Source of the DNA: Takakia lepidozioides | Taxonomy: Eukaryota > Plantae > Bryophyta | Reading direction: 5' to 3' | DNA length: 64,000 bases | Assembly: GCA_030704615.1 (NCBI GenBank) | Contig: CM060733.1 | Coordinates: 7,688,001-7,752,000, forward strand | In this document: piece after piece, positions 12,366 through 24,063 of the stretch | Numbering within the stretch: the first letter of the stretch is position 1 | Layout: the number at the start of each line of letters is the position of its first letter | Program-made: the position numbers and the translations under genes | The notes under the pieces: generated by a model | Told to the model about the DNA's origin: nothing | Database searches by the model: none | What the model saw: only the letters and a program-made list of their open reading frames with translations

Positions 12366-13069
12366 TGCTTTCAAGTGGGATTGACCACGTCTTTTATTAT
12401 GTCGTCCAGCTTGTTTCCACGGTGAAGGGTGCTCTTCCGCGGGAATACACTCCACTTCTTCCTTGGCGCGTGGTGACGGGGCCTTCAAGCGCGATGATGT
12501 GGAGTGAGCCCCGTGATGTGGCGTTGGTGCAAGGTGACGTGGCGTGAGCACAGTTGCGCTCAAGCGACCAGGCTCACGCCGAGGCATCCCTGGAAAATTG
12601 AGGGCCGATTATGATAAGAGGGAAAAACAGGGTGAAATGTGTTGAAGAAGGTGCCTTGATTAACAGTGCCTGATTTGATCAATTGTGTTGTTGCTGCTGC
12701 GGCTTCCAGTTGACCATCTATCCATGCAGGTTTCTTGTACCTATCCTTCCACAGCGAATCATAGGTAATTTGGAGCATGAAATTCGGCCCTCTTGGATGA
12801 ATCTGGACCCACACTCTATCCCTGCTCCTTCAGCTATCCATGCCTCTGCACAAATCATGCATACATCCTCGCCTTGCTTCTAGCAGCTGACAATGACAGC
12901 CTAGAATTGTTCCAGCAAACACCCCAACCCTACTTATCACACTAGTTCATATGCTCAATTGCATCAGCTACTCTCTATAATCCAACAGACGTTCACCTTC
13001 TTGCCTCGATTGTCCCACCATTGACTGGGTTAGAAATTTTTTCATTCCACAGCTTCTCCTCGTCATTTG

Positions 13070-14870
13070 CCCCTAGGTCTCCAAAGCCTCCATGCCGCGC
13101 CCTTGCTGTGCATACCCTGCAATCATTACACTCCATGACACCACATCTCGTTCAGCCATACTGTCGAACACTCCCTTTGCATCCTCAATGCACCCACATT
13201 TGGCATACATGTCCACCAGGGCAGTGTTCAAAATGACATCAGGTGCAATTCCAGATTTGATGATGTCACCACGGATCTCTTTGCCCTTTTCCAGGGCTGC
13301 CAGGCTTGCACAAGCATTGCAAACACACACAAACGTGATCTGGTTACACTTCACCCTGCCCCCATCATAGGTCTCCAAAGCCTCCATCCCGTACCCCTGC
13401 TGTGCATACCCTGCAAGCATTGCGTTCCACGACACCACATACTCCCTTCGCATCCTGAATGCACCCACATTTGGCAAACCTGTCAGTTTAGGATGAGCCA
13501 TATCTGGTACAATTCCAGCTTTGACGATGTCAACATGGACCTCTTTCCCCTTTTCTAGGGCTCCCAGGCTTGCACACGCATTGCAAACACCAACAAAGGT
13601 GATGTGGTTGGGCTTCACCGGCTCTTCGCACAGCATTTGCTCATAGGTCTCCAAAGCATTCCTACCTCACCCATGTTAAATCCTGCCAACATTATATTCA
13701 ACGTGATCAAAGTTCATTGAGGCATTCCGTTGAACACTCAGTGTGCATTCATGATGCTCCTGCACTTAACATACATGTTCACAAGGGTTTTGAGGAGAAA
13801 AACACTTGGCGTGAATCCACTTTGGATAATGTGAGTTTGCACCTGCTTTCCAGCTTCCAGACCCTTCATTTTGACGCACTAACGCAAGAGTCAGACATAC
13901 ATATCTGAATCTGCTAAAATGCTCCTTGGTTTAAAGGTGTAGAGCCTCTTTCAGTATGCTTGCCTCACAAAGCATCTTCACATGCCCAGAAGAGCCAAAA
14001 GAGGCATTATGGACTCCCTCTCTTGATCCTCCTTTAGAAGCTGTGGTCATGGTTGAGGTGCTTGATTTAAATCAGGGCTGTCAGGCCTGCAATGCACACA
14101 AACATGATGTGGCCGGGCTGAACCCCTTCCCCCATCGTTTGCTCATAGGTCTCCAAAGCCTCCATCCCACGTCCCTACTGTGCATACCCTGTAAGCATCG
14201 CACTCCACGACACCACATCTCGTTCAGCCATAGTGTTGAACACTCCCTTTGCATCCTCGATGCACCCACATTTTGCATACATGTCCACTAGGGTATTGTT
14301 CAAAATGACATTTGGTACAATTCCAGCTCTGAAGGTGTCACCATGAACCTCCTTCCCCTTTTCCAGAGCTGCCAGGGCAGTGTTTTGAATGACATTAGGT
14401 ACAATTCCAGCTTTGATGATATCCCCATGCACCTCTTTGCCCTTCTCCAAGGCTGCCAGGCCTGCAATGCATACAAACATGATGTGGCCGGGCTGAACCC
14501 CTTCCCCCATCATTTGCTCTTAGGTCTCCAAAGCTTCCATCCCACGTCCCTGCTGTGCATACCCTGCAAGCATCGCACTCCACGACACCATCTCAGTCAG
14601 CCATAGTATTGAACACTCCATTTGCATCCTCGATGCACCCACATTTTGCATACATGTCCACTAGGGTATTGTTCAGAATGACTTTTGGTACAATTCCAGC
14701 TTTGAAGATGTCACCATGGACCTCCTTCCCTTTTTCTAGATCTGCCAGGGCAGTGTTTAGAATGACATTAGGTACAATTCCAGCTTTGATGATATCCCCA
14801 TGCACCTCTTTGCCCTTCTCAAGGGTTGCCAGGCTTGCACAAGCATTGCAATGCACACACGGGACAAAGT
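13070..14870 (-). pseudogene. Captured, duplicated PLS-class pentatricopeptide-repeat (PPR) gene fragments
   Basis: Repeated [39 protein letters not shown]...[27 protein letters not shown]; multiple frameshifts; no start or end. Confidence 0.92.
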
Positions 14871-14914
14871 AGAACAACAAGAAACCCACATCACAGAGGA
14901 GAGAGAGGTTCTCA

Positions 14915-15101
14915 CCTTATCACGACCTTCGACAAACACATGAATGGGTTGGTTGGTGTCAAGAGGGCGAGGTCGGATTTGACGGCCACCAGAATCAACA
15001 GGAGTGGATGCAAGCATACGCTTTCTTTTCTTTGTCACTGACAAATGAGCTTCCTCCTCTTCTTGGCCTATAACTTCGGGCATCAGCTCCTGCTCCTTCA
15101 A
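14915..15101 (-). pseudogene. Captured exon resembling the Enhancer-of-polycomb (EPL1/EPC) N-terminus
   Basis: RQIRPRPLDTNQPIHVF resembles the EPC N-terminal (F/I)RPRPLDxxxxLP motif; followed by a GTGAG donor and lies upstream of the PPR fragments. Confidence 0.45.
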
Positions 15102-16099
15102 AGGATTCTCCTTATGTGTGATAAGTGCATGTGCCTCATCCCAAACTTGTCTCTATGATAAGAATGCTTTGCTTGGACATTCAACAATTGATTCATACCT
15201 GCTCTCGAGCTGGGGCCAGGCACACACACATCAGAAAGGAAGACAAAGGATATGCCACCAGCTGTAACCCTTGGCCATAATACATTAAAGGGCGTACTCC
15301 CTGCAGGATGCCTTTCTGGAGCTATTGTAAGGCTTTGAACCGCAATATATAAAACCAGGTCAAGAGTGCTGAATTACCTACAACAATCCCTAAAAAGGGA
15401 ACGCATGAGTAAGAGAGAGAGAGGGTAGACCCTGGCTGAAACAGACAAGCTAGAAAGAGCAGAAAAGACTACATACCTCTCTATGGGACAACTGCTGATC
15501 CATGCTTGGGTCAACTGGGAGAGAGGAACTCTCTGCACACATGGAGGCTATCATTTGCTGGCGACTGAGGGTTTTCCCCTGTAATAGCATACCTTCTTGG
15601 AAGCTCAAAGTTTCAGCATGCATCTTATCTCCCACTGTCCTCTCAAGAGGAGACTCTGCCACCGTCTCCAATACCTTCCCATTTAGGCTCTCTGTGTGCT
15701 CACTATCTGGTTCAGAAACACATGGGTTGCTCTTCATAGTTGCCTCCTCCTCCATACACTTTAAGCCACCATTCGCAATCCCTCCCACTTCACTTGTGAG
15801 AGGGCAAAACAGGCTGAAATAGGTCAAAGAAGAAGGTGCCCTCACCACATTGTCCTTGAGCTTGTGTTATGACTTGACCGACCATCAACCCAAAATGACC
15901 TCTTGTGTGTGCTGCTTGTGTCTGAAGTCAGGTAATGTCGGATTGGTCTGTGAGATCAAACCACCACGGTGCAGCTAAGTAGGCAGAGATTGAAACACGG
16001 CCTGCTAAGACCAAGCAAACTCTCCCAAGAACGGCGAGCTCGCAAGAATGTTTCTCCTCGTCTCATCTCCTCCTCATCTCCTCATTCCTGCATGATTTG

Positions 16100-16960
16100 C
16101 TCAACGCCTCCATCCCACGCCCCTGCATATCCTGCAATCATCGCGTTCCATCCCTCGGCTACATGGTGTGGCGCAGGAGACAAAAAAAACGCCAAGTCCC
16201 AGCCCTCCTTTGTGTTCACGATTACCCTAATGGACAACCTTATTAGCAATTTTTTAACGTTTTTAATCCTAATGGGCAACTTATTAGCAATTTTTTGACT
16301 TTTTAACCTTTTGCACTTTGATTCATTCTAGGTCAAAGGCTAAAATCCTGCTACCAGACTTGTCTAGAAAACTAAAACACCACGTAAACAAACATTTGAT
16401 AGTGGTAGTAAAATATATTACCATTGGGCTGGTTTGAACACTTGCTAGTAAAAACTTTCACTTTGAGTTATTGAAATTGAAATATACATTATAAATTATA
16501 TTTTCATAATTACAGCTGTCAATGTTTGACTTAGGGGTGGTAGAATAAAGGACTCCGTAATGAAACTTTTGATAGTTGTAGTGAATTATTCTATTAATAT
16601 CAGCACATTTCACTACGTGGTGCTAGAAATAGTGAAAAGTGGCAAATAGTGAAATTCATAGTAAAATACCGACGGTGCTGAAAACCGTAGTGTGTTGTAG
16701 TGCCTCGTTGTGTCTATCCTTGCCCCTTTCTGCATGCTTAAGAATAGGTTTGCAAAGCCTCCATCCCACGCCCCTGCACATCCTGCGATCGTTGCGTTCC
16801 ATGCTCTAGGCTTGTGGATACTAAGAAAACATATGGTGTGGCGGGAGATAAAAAAAACCCAAAAGGAGGCCAAGTCCTAGCCCTCTGTTCACGGCTGGCA
16901 CCCTAATGGGCAACCCTATAAGCAACTTTTTGATTTTTTTTAACCTTTTGCACTTTGATC
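16100..16960. repeat. Direct duplication (~220 bp; ~16105-16322 and ~16757-16959) containing a PPR-derived WNAMIAGYAG piece
   Basis: gcctccatcccacgcccctgca.atcctgc.atc.t.gcgttcca...taacctttttgcactttgat-like sequence occurs twice. Confidence 0.8.
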
Positions 16961-18842
16961 ATTGATGAATGAACTTATCCAATGGATGAATACATTCGTG
17001 TATGTGCCTTCAACATGACACGTGTAGTGATGCAGTCGTATAATTAGAGCTCTGAAACCATATTCAGTCATGAAGTCATACGATTCTAGGAAAATTCATC
17101 CACGTGTAGTCCTCCATATGACGCGAGTCATATAAACCATCCCTGTCATCATGGTCAACAATGTTTGACTAATGCTCCCTACCTTTCCGGAGTCATGTAG
17201 TGATATCCATTACTACAGTGTGATAAAACTATGACTGCAACGCATTTCAGCGTTTTGTAGTCGTGTACCTAATGCCGTTTTTATGACTCCGCAAAAGCCG
17301 TAGTCCTAAAAACGCTCATCTCTTGTAGTGTGCTGTGGCAGTGAGGGTGGTGGCTTTTTGGGTCTTATGCGAGCGTACGTTGGGCGTAACGGTGTGTTTG
17401 AGTGGTTGGATGAAAGTGTTTGAAGGTCTGCGTTTGTGGTGTCATCTTAGTAAGATTCCGTCTTCTTTGCCAGGCCCATCTACCGACTACATTCCCCAGA
17501 TAAGGTCAAGTCCGGTAAAAGAAGGGGAACGAACCCATAGCGCCGGAATCATGGCTTCACAGCCGGTTCCATAGTATTGAAAGATTCCCTTAATTTTAAT
17601 ACCCGCAGGTGCTCAATAGTAGTATGGTTTTCGATTTGCGGACGGGTATCAATAGGATGGGTATTCCAATCTAATACCAGCCGGTTATCAACCCGGGTAT
17701 AAATAAGACAAATAAAAAATAAAAAACCACTAAATCATTAATATATATTGAATTTAGAAGATTTCAGTTGATTTCACAAAGAAATTAATTATTATGTTGC
17801 AAAATTCAGTCTTTGCATTACATAATAACGACGTTGCAGATTTTAGTATCCAAATTGAAGCATGCTTAGAAGGATTGCAACGGATTGCAATGGTCCTCAT
17901 CACTATTGCAACGGTCCTCAACGGTCCTCTTACCCTGACCTTGAGATATCGTGCACCCAGCCAATTTCCTATTCCTACCATGGTATAGTTTTTTTTTTTT
18001 TTTTTTTTTTGGAATTGTCCTTGTTTTTGCCCATAATACGGGTATGCACCCGGGTATTGCCTTGGCAATACCAGCCGGTCCGGTTATCAACCATAGTATT
18101 GGAATTGCCAGTACCAGCCGGGTCGGTTTATTAACCATAGTATTACAAAAGCCAATACCAGCTGGGTTGGTTATTCAATACCCTGGTTGATACCCGGCCA
18201 GACCCTATATCCCGTGAAAAGCTCGCACTGAATATCGTTCCGTGCACTGAACCCGAGCGCTGTATTCTGCACACAGAATACGTCCCTGAATCCAAGTCAA
18301 CGTGACCAAGCGCGTGCTGGCGGAGATCTCGCCCCTTCCGGCCAATGGGAGGCGAGGTGCGCTCGGATGGCGTGGGCGATTCAAGGACAAGGGTGTGCGC
18401 GAGTCGGTCTGCCGTGCCACGGAACCCATCAGGCACTGAATCGATGACACTATCTTTGGTGTTACAGGGAGTTTTTCGGGCTCAAGGGTGGTGATGCTCT
18501 AAAGCACATTAAATCGGAGAACCCTTCCGCTTAAAGAATGACCCTTCCTCTGTTGAGTGGAAGGACCTCCCTGGAATGGGTGTGGGTCACATAACAAAGG
18601 AACAAATTTCAGTTTTGAAAACTCACTATATACATATGTATATAAAAGAAACACGTGGGAGCGACAGCTCACAAATCAGGCCCCTTAACAAAAAATAACC
18701 TCTTTCACAATACATATTGATATTACTTGAGCTAAAATCGTTGAACGGTAGTACTACAAGCATCCAAGGTGTTTCCTTTTTGAAAAAAAAAAAAAAACAG
18801 GCATATGGAAGCTCTTTGATGTTTCATCGTTCAAAACTTGGA

Positions 18843-18995
18843 ATTTTCCGGGAGTGTCAACTAACTATTTCCACTTTGCTTATCGAAGGAGCCCCATCCA
18901 TATTGTGCCCCCTCCGCTATCAATACTCATACTGGGTTTTTCCGGAGTGTCAACTAATAATTTCCACTTGGCTTATTGAAGGAGCCCCATCCATG
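18843..18995. repeat. Tandem duplication with ~94-bp period
   Basis: ttttccgg(g)agtgtcaactaa.tatttccactt.gcttat.gaaggagccccatccat twice. Confidence 0.85.
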
Positions 18996-19063
18996 TTCAG
19001 CCCCGTGCGTTGTCAACACTCATACATAGGTTTTTCCAGTAGACACTAGACATAGTATGGGAG

Positions 19064-19738
19064 GGGGATTGATAGAACGTGAGCACACCGGTGAGCACAA
19101 ATGGCGTGAGCACGAACCCATGGTCATTGGGGTTTTATGTTTTTAAACTATGGTCATAGGAGTTATATGTTTACAAAACGGAATAAAACCCAAAAACCCT
19201 AATGCGAAATAGGTACCCATAATGTATATCTACAAGCTCCAAGTTCCACATATCTACAGCTTTGGTATCCTATAAAAGAATAACATATTAGGGAAAAACA
19301 AAATCATAATAACCAACACCATCCAAAACACACAAATACCAAACAATAGTTGAACAATTTAATATAATGAGGCAATTTCGCCGGCAAAATCCATTATTTT
19401 GCTGGCAAAACCCGATACCTTGATTTATTCGTTAACGAAACCTGTTGAAATTTCTAGGTATCCCTACGTAGATCATTATCATATGGTTTCGTGGGCTAAA
19501 CAAAATGTATCGTGTTTGGTTTTGCATATAAGAGACGCTGTGAGATTGTTTTATTTCGCTAACGAATTAGGGTGATAGGGTGACTAACCCACGGAAATAG
19601 GGTGACTAACCCATCTTCGTGTGGCAATGTGCTCACCGTGAGCACAAATTGCACATTTTAGTTTCGCTATCGCATCTTTTCAAGAATATTGTAGGAATTT
19701 CCGGTATGTCCTTTTCTGCTCACGTGCTACCCAACCTC
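19064..19738. mobile_element. MITE with GTGAGC subterminal motifs (MULE-A-like ends)
   Basis: 22-bp imperfect TIR GGGGATTGATAGAACGTGAGCA vs reverse complement GAGGTTGGGTAGCACGTGAGCA; TSD TATGGGAG at 19056-19063 and 19739-19746. Confidence 0.75.
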
Positions 19739-20123
19739 TATGGGAGTTGAATGCGTGCCAATAGGAAAACGCGGCACCATGTAATTGAAATTTCTACTAA
19801 GTATTCCATACGACTGCACCAAAGAGGTGTTTGTCGGAATGAGCAGCTCTAGGGTTTGAGCTCCATGCGTATTGGAGAGCGCACAAACTGAATACTCGAC
19901 ATCAAGTGTACCAGGGCTCAGGTGGATATTGTTTAGTCATTGAACATCCTGAAAATATTATTATTAGTTTCAAATCTGCTCTAATATTACTTCCTTTTTT
20001 ATTGTTCTTACATATATTTAATGTAAAATATTACAACACTTCTCAATATTAATTATGATAAAACTAAATGTTAAAGCGTTTGCTTAGTTTCGAAACCTGA
20101 ATGATAAATCTAGATGTATATAC

Positions 20124-20970
20124 CAGTGTTGTGCGGGTTCTGCCTTTTTAAGGAACCCGCCGGGTCCGGGTGCGGGTTTGTTTTCGGAGCCAAGTCCGGG
20201 TTCGGGTCCGGGTTTGTCAACACGGACTCGGATTAGGGTCCGGGTAGTTGTTGGGAAATATTAGCGGGTTCACGGGTTCGGATCCGGGTCCTAATTTATT
20301 GATTAAATAAATTAGAAAATAAAATTAATTAGGGATAAAATTATTTTTGGCTGGAAAAAACCTTAAATCCTAATAATGAATTTTATTTTAAGAGACATTC
20401 CTTCAAAATATACCATGAATAAAAATTAAAATAGAAGTTTGAGTTCCATTTTCTATTTTTCAATATCAATTCTTTAAACATGCTAAGAATAGTAATATGC
20501 CTCAAGGGTAGATCACTATAGCATGGATGTGTGGGATCTGGCATAATAATAATATATGACGTCTCCTTTGGGAGGTGTAAATTATGGTCCCAAAGGGCAC
20601 AACTTTGTGACACCACTCCGTGGATTGAACCCCGCTTTTGAGGTGGTATGTGGGCATTACCTACTGGGCTACAATGTGGTGGGGCTGGCTGCTGCAGTGG
20701 CCTATTGCTGCTCGTCCCCTCCACACCTACCAGATCCAAGGTGGACCCCGCATGCCCCATCTAAAATTAAGACCCGGACCCTGACCCACTACATTGGCCC
20801 GCGGGTTTAATGGGTTCTAGACCCAGCAGACGGGTCCGGGTCCGGTTCCGGTTCATTTTAGAAATGAACCCGGGTTAGGGTCCGGGTTTTTTGTGATAGC
20901 ACAGGTCCGGGTAACCCGGATCCTAGCATGCCGGGTATCCGCCTTCAAAACCTGGACCCGCACAACACTG
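20124..20970. mobile_element. hAT-type MITE
   Basis: TIR CAGTGTTGTGCGGGT...ACCCGCACAACACTG; perfect 8-bp TSD GTATATAC (20116-20123, 20971-20978); many CCGGGT/ACCCGG subterminal motifs. Confidence 0.93.
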
Positions 20971-22799
20971 GTATATACATCTTAGTATCTAGTCTTTATG
21001 TAATCAAATATTATTTTGATTTCATGGTAAGCACTAAGCACGTTTCAATTTCTAATATTTTATGATAGTACATATATATACATATACATATATATGTATG
21101 ATAATTGTAATAGCTAATGAAATGTCAAAAAGCTTAAAATTGAATTTTCATCTTTTGTCTATAAATTAGACAGTTAATAATGTAGATTGTTGCTCTGAGG
21201 CTGACTCCTGTATTTGGCCAGAGCAAATCCCACTACAATGGCAACACCACATGACCCTTCTCTTCGGCATCCCCAAAATTCGACAAATCGGACATTAGTC
21301 TTCGGAAACATGTCAAGGTCTCTACCAGTGTTGGACTGGTATCACAAAAATATGATACCAGAATGGTCTTGGTATCACAAGGGCCCGTCTTTCCGAAGAC
21401 TGGTATGGTCTTGGTATTGTGATACGGGGGTGGGGCGGGTAGGGTATAGGATGGGTATCAATAACGTAAATTTGTGGATATATAGCAGTAGGGTATCAAT
21501 ATTTACTTTTTTCTATTTCGTATGGGGGAATATGAATATTGCCCATGTAGGTATATAGAATATTCAATATATTCAAGAGAATACTCAATAACCTAAAAAA
21601 AATTGACCTTCACACTGGATCACAATTACTCCTGTATTAGTATTACTATCACTATCACTACCATTATTACTATCACTACCATTATTATTATTACTATCAC
21701 TATTATCATTGTGCTGTTTGGAGCCTCTCATTTTAAGATAATAGGGTCTTCAATGGGCACTTGCGATGTGGCCGGTGGGCCCCGTGCACGGACCCCCGGC
21801 TCCCCAGCACCCCGCCCGCCCCGCCCGCCGCTGCGCGCGGTCGCCTAGCCGTGGGCGCGGCTGCAGCAACCGCGCCCGCGCCCCCGTCCGCCGCGCGGCC
21901 AGTCCCCCACCCATGAGTCCGCTGCCCAGCAGTCTGCCAGTCCGCCAGTCTGCCCACCAGTCCGTTGGCCAGTCCCCTGCCATCCAGTCCGATGACGGCG
22001 CAGGATCGCCACCGTCCATTCCCATAACCCATCCGAGCCCTCCATTTTTAGGGCTGCGAAAATGGCAATGATCTTCCCACCAAATCCCGGCCGCTCTCTA
22101 TTGACGGCTGTTTGTTGTCCGATGTTGCGGTAGACGTTTCCATGCACGCGACTGTTCTTCTTTTGCACGCGATGTTCATGATGATGATGAAGCGTGTGCT
22201 TGAACATGAGAGGACTGTCTGGGCACTACAGCCACCATCGTGCATATGCTTCCACTATTTTTGCCTTCTTGTTGTGCTTTCGGGAACCTTCGTTTTATGG
22301 TTTGGTTCTATGTCATAAATATGGAAAATGCGGACATCTGTCGTCGATAACGTCCTCTGCTTGTGATCCGTCATGATACATTTAGCCCCTTCGTACTGCA
22401 TCCCTCATGAGAGCCTTCACAAGTTTAGTTCGTTAAAGGAACCCATGGGTAACATGGGCGCGAAAATGGTGGAAGCGTATGCACATGGGGGCGTGTATTG
22501 CAGATTTCGTATCGGACGATGGGACTGTTTATGTGACCAAGTATAGCGGCTTGCATCCGTCGTGCATAAGTTGTGGAAAAGGGTGGAGAATCTGAAGAAA
22601 CCCAGCTTTGTGATGGATCCACATGGTATTATATAAGGGATGGCAGCACAAAAAAACAATTCGAGTCGTCACGGAACACCATCCAGTCGTAAGGTCCTCA
22701 AACATCCACACGCACCTGTTGAATGCAGATGTCTGAGCCACGACGGGAGATGTCTGAGACAATTGCATCTGCAAATGCGCGTGGATGTTTGAGGTCCAT

Positions 22800-23436
22800 T
22801 GTGTCGCGAGTCTATTCACAGTGGGTCCGCTGGCCCGTCAGTGCTCCGGATATTCCCCTTATCGCGTGCATAACAGTCAGTTTGGAGGCGGTCTGCTGGA
22901 AGTCCGTCTGTTGGGATAGCAGTCTGTTGCACTTGTGAATTTGTCAGTATGTTGTGTCGGAAGTCTGTTGCACTAAGTCTGTTTGACTTCTTATTTTCCC
23001 TCCGGTCAGTCTTTTGGCTTGTTCTCCCGCCAGTCTGGCGAAACGTCCGTCTGCTGGACAGTTCTCCTCTATGGATATCAGTCTGTTGGACTGTGCATGC
23101 ATCAGTCTGTTGTGTCGCGAGTCTGTTCACAGTGGGTCCGCTGGCCTGTCAGTGCTCCGGATATTCCCCTTATCGCGTGCATAACAGTCAGTTTGGAGGC
23201 GGTCTGCTGGAAGTCCGTCTGTTGGGATATCAGTCTGTTGCACTTGTGAATTTGTCAGTCTGTTGTGTTGGAAGTCTGTTGCACTAAGTCTGTTTGAGTT
23301 CTTATTTTCCCTCCGGTAGTCTTTTGGCTTGTTCTCCCGCCAGTCTGGCGAAACGTCCGTCTGCTGGACAGTTCTCTTCTATGGATATCAGTCTGTTGGA
23401 CTGTGTATGCATCAGTCTGTTGTGCCGCGAGTCTGT
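22800..23436. repeat. Tandem duplication (~311-bp period) rich in AGTCTG motifs
   Basis: tgtgtcgcgagtct.ttcacagtgggtccgctggcc...atcagtctgttg twice. Confidence 0.9.
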
Positions 23437-24063
23437 TCGCAATGGGTGTGTTCGACTTTCCTGTTCTCCCCTTACTCTCTTTTGTCTTCATTCCGCTGGC
23501 AGGGAAGTGCCTCCAATATGAAGCCGCTTCGCCTCAGCAAAGCGAATAGTCCGCTGGACTGGCGGTCCGGTGGATTCTCGGCCCGATGGGAAATGAGTAT
23601 GCTACACTTTGCGAGGAGCGTGGATGAATTTAGTACGATCCGTTCGTTTGGTGGACGTATTCAATGCGATGACGGCGGATAGTTGGCGCCTGTGAAATCG
23701 CGCCACGTTGGCAGTGCCATTCCCGTTTTCCCCCTTCTACTTCTACTTTCTCCATTCTCTTCGCGCCTGTTTCTTCGCACAGTTTTGCACTGCTTTGTTT
23801 TCCTCTTTGCGTTTCCATCACCGTAACGAAAGACGACCGTTCTTCCCCAGGTGTGGAGAGTCGCGGTGAGCCGCGAAGAGTCGCAAACACGCTCGCCTTC
23901 GTAACAACTCGAAGTTCATCGGCTCGGTGAGGTTCTCACTTGCTGCGGTGTTTCCATTCCATTCTGTGTCCTCTTCTTCTTGCTTAGGGTGAGTCTTTTC
24001 ATAGGACTTCTATCTGTCGCTCTGTCGCTCATTGTCCTTGCACCTTCGTTTCATTCTGCAGCG

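Larger units (their letters stand above)
1685..12592. mobile_element. MULE-A: Mutator-like DNA transposon (GCM/WRKY-like Zn finger, DDE, SWIM transposase plus methyltransferase-domain gene), internally inverted
   Basis: Imperfect TIRs: CAATGACGCAATGGCGTGAGCC (1685) vs reverse complement of the right end CAGGGATGCCTCGGCGTGAGCC (ends 12592). 9-bp TSD GAAAATCGA (1676-1684) / GAAAATTGA (12593-12601), one CpG-type mismatch. GTGAGC and GACGTGGC subterminal motifs at both ends. Confidence 0.88.
673..17330. mobile_element. Non-autonomous CACTA (EnSpm) DNA transposon carrying captured gene fragments; host of MULE-A
   Basis: Left end CACTACAACAGATGAGCGTTTTTATGACT at 673 matches the reverse complement of the right end (...AGTCCTAAAAACGCTCATCTCTTGTAGTG, ending 17330). 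3-bp TSD TGC at 670-672 and 17331-17333. Many subterminal ATGACT/AGTCAT motifs at 690-910 and 17000-17300. No CACTA transposase seen inside. Confidence 0.95.

Noticed and set aside
13070-14870. Functional PPR editing-factor gene
   Set aside because: Multiple frameshifts and internal duplications, no start, no clear E/DYW domain, located inside a CACTA.
17538-18210. MITE with ATACC/CCGG motifs
   Set aside because: Motif density suggests a hAT-like remnant, but I could not define matching TIRs or a TSD.
21733-22071. GC-rich ORFs at 21.7-22.1 kb and 32.9-33.4 kb as genes
   Set aside because: They are mirror-image translations of the MULE-B TIRs.
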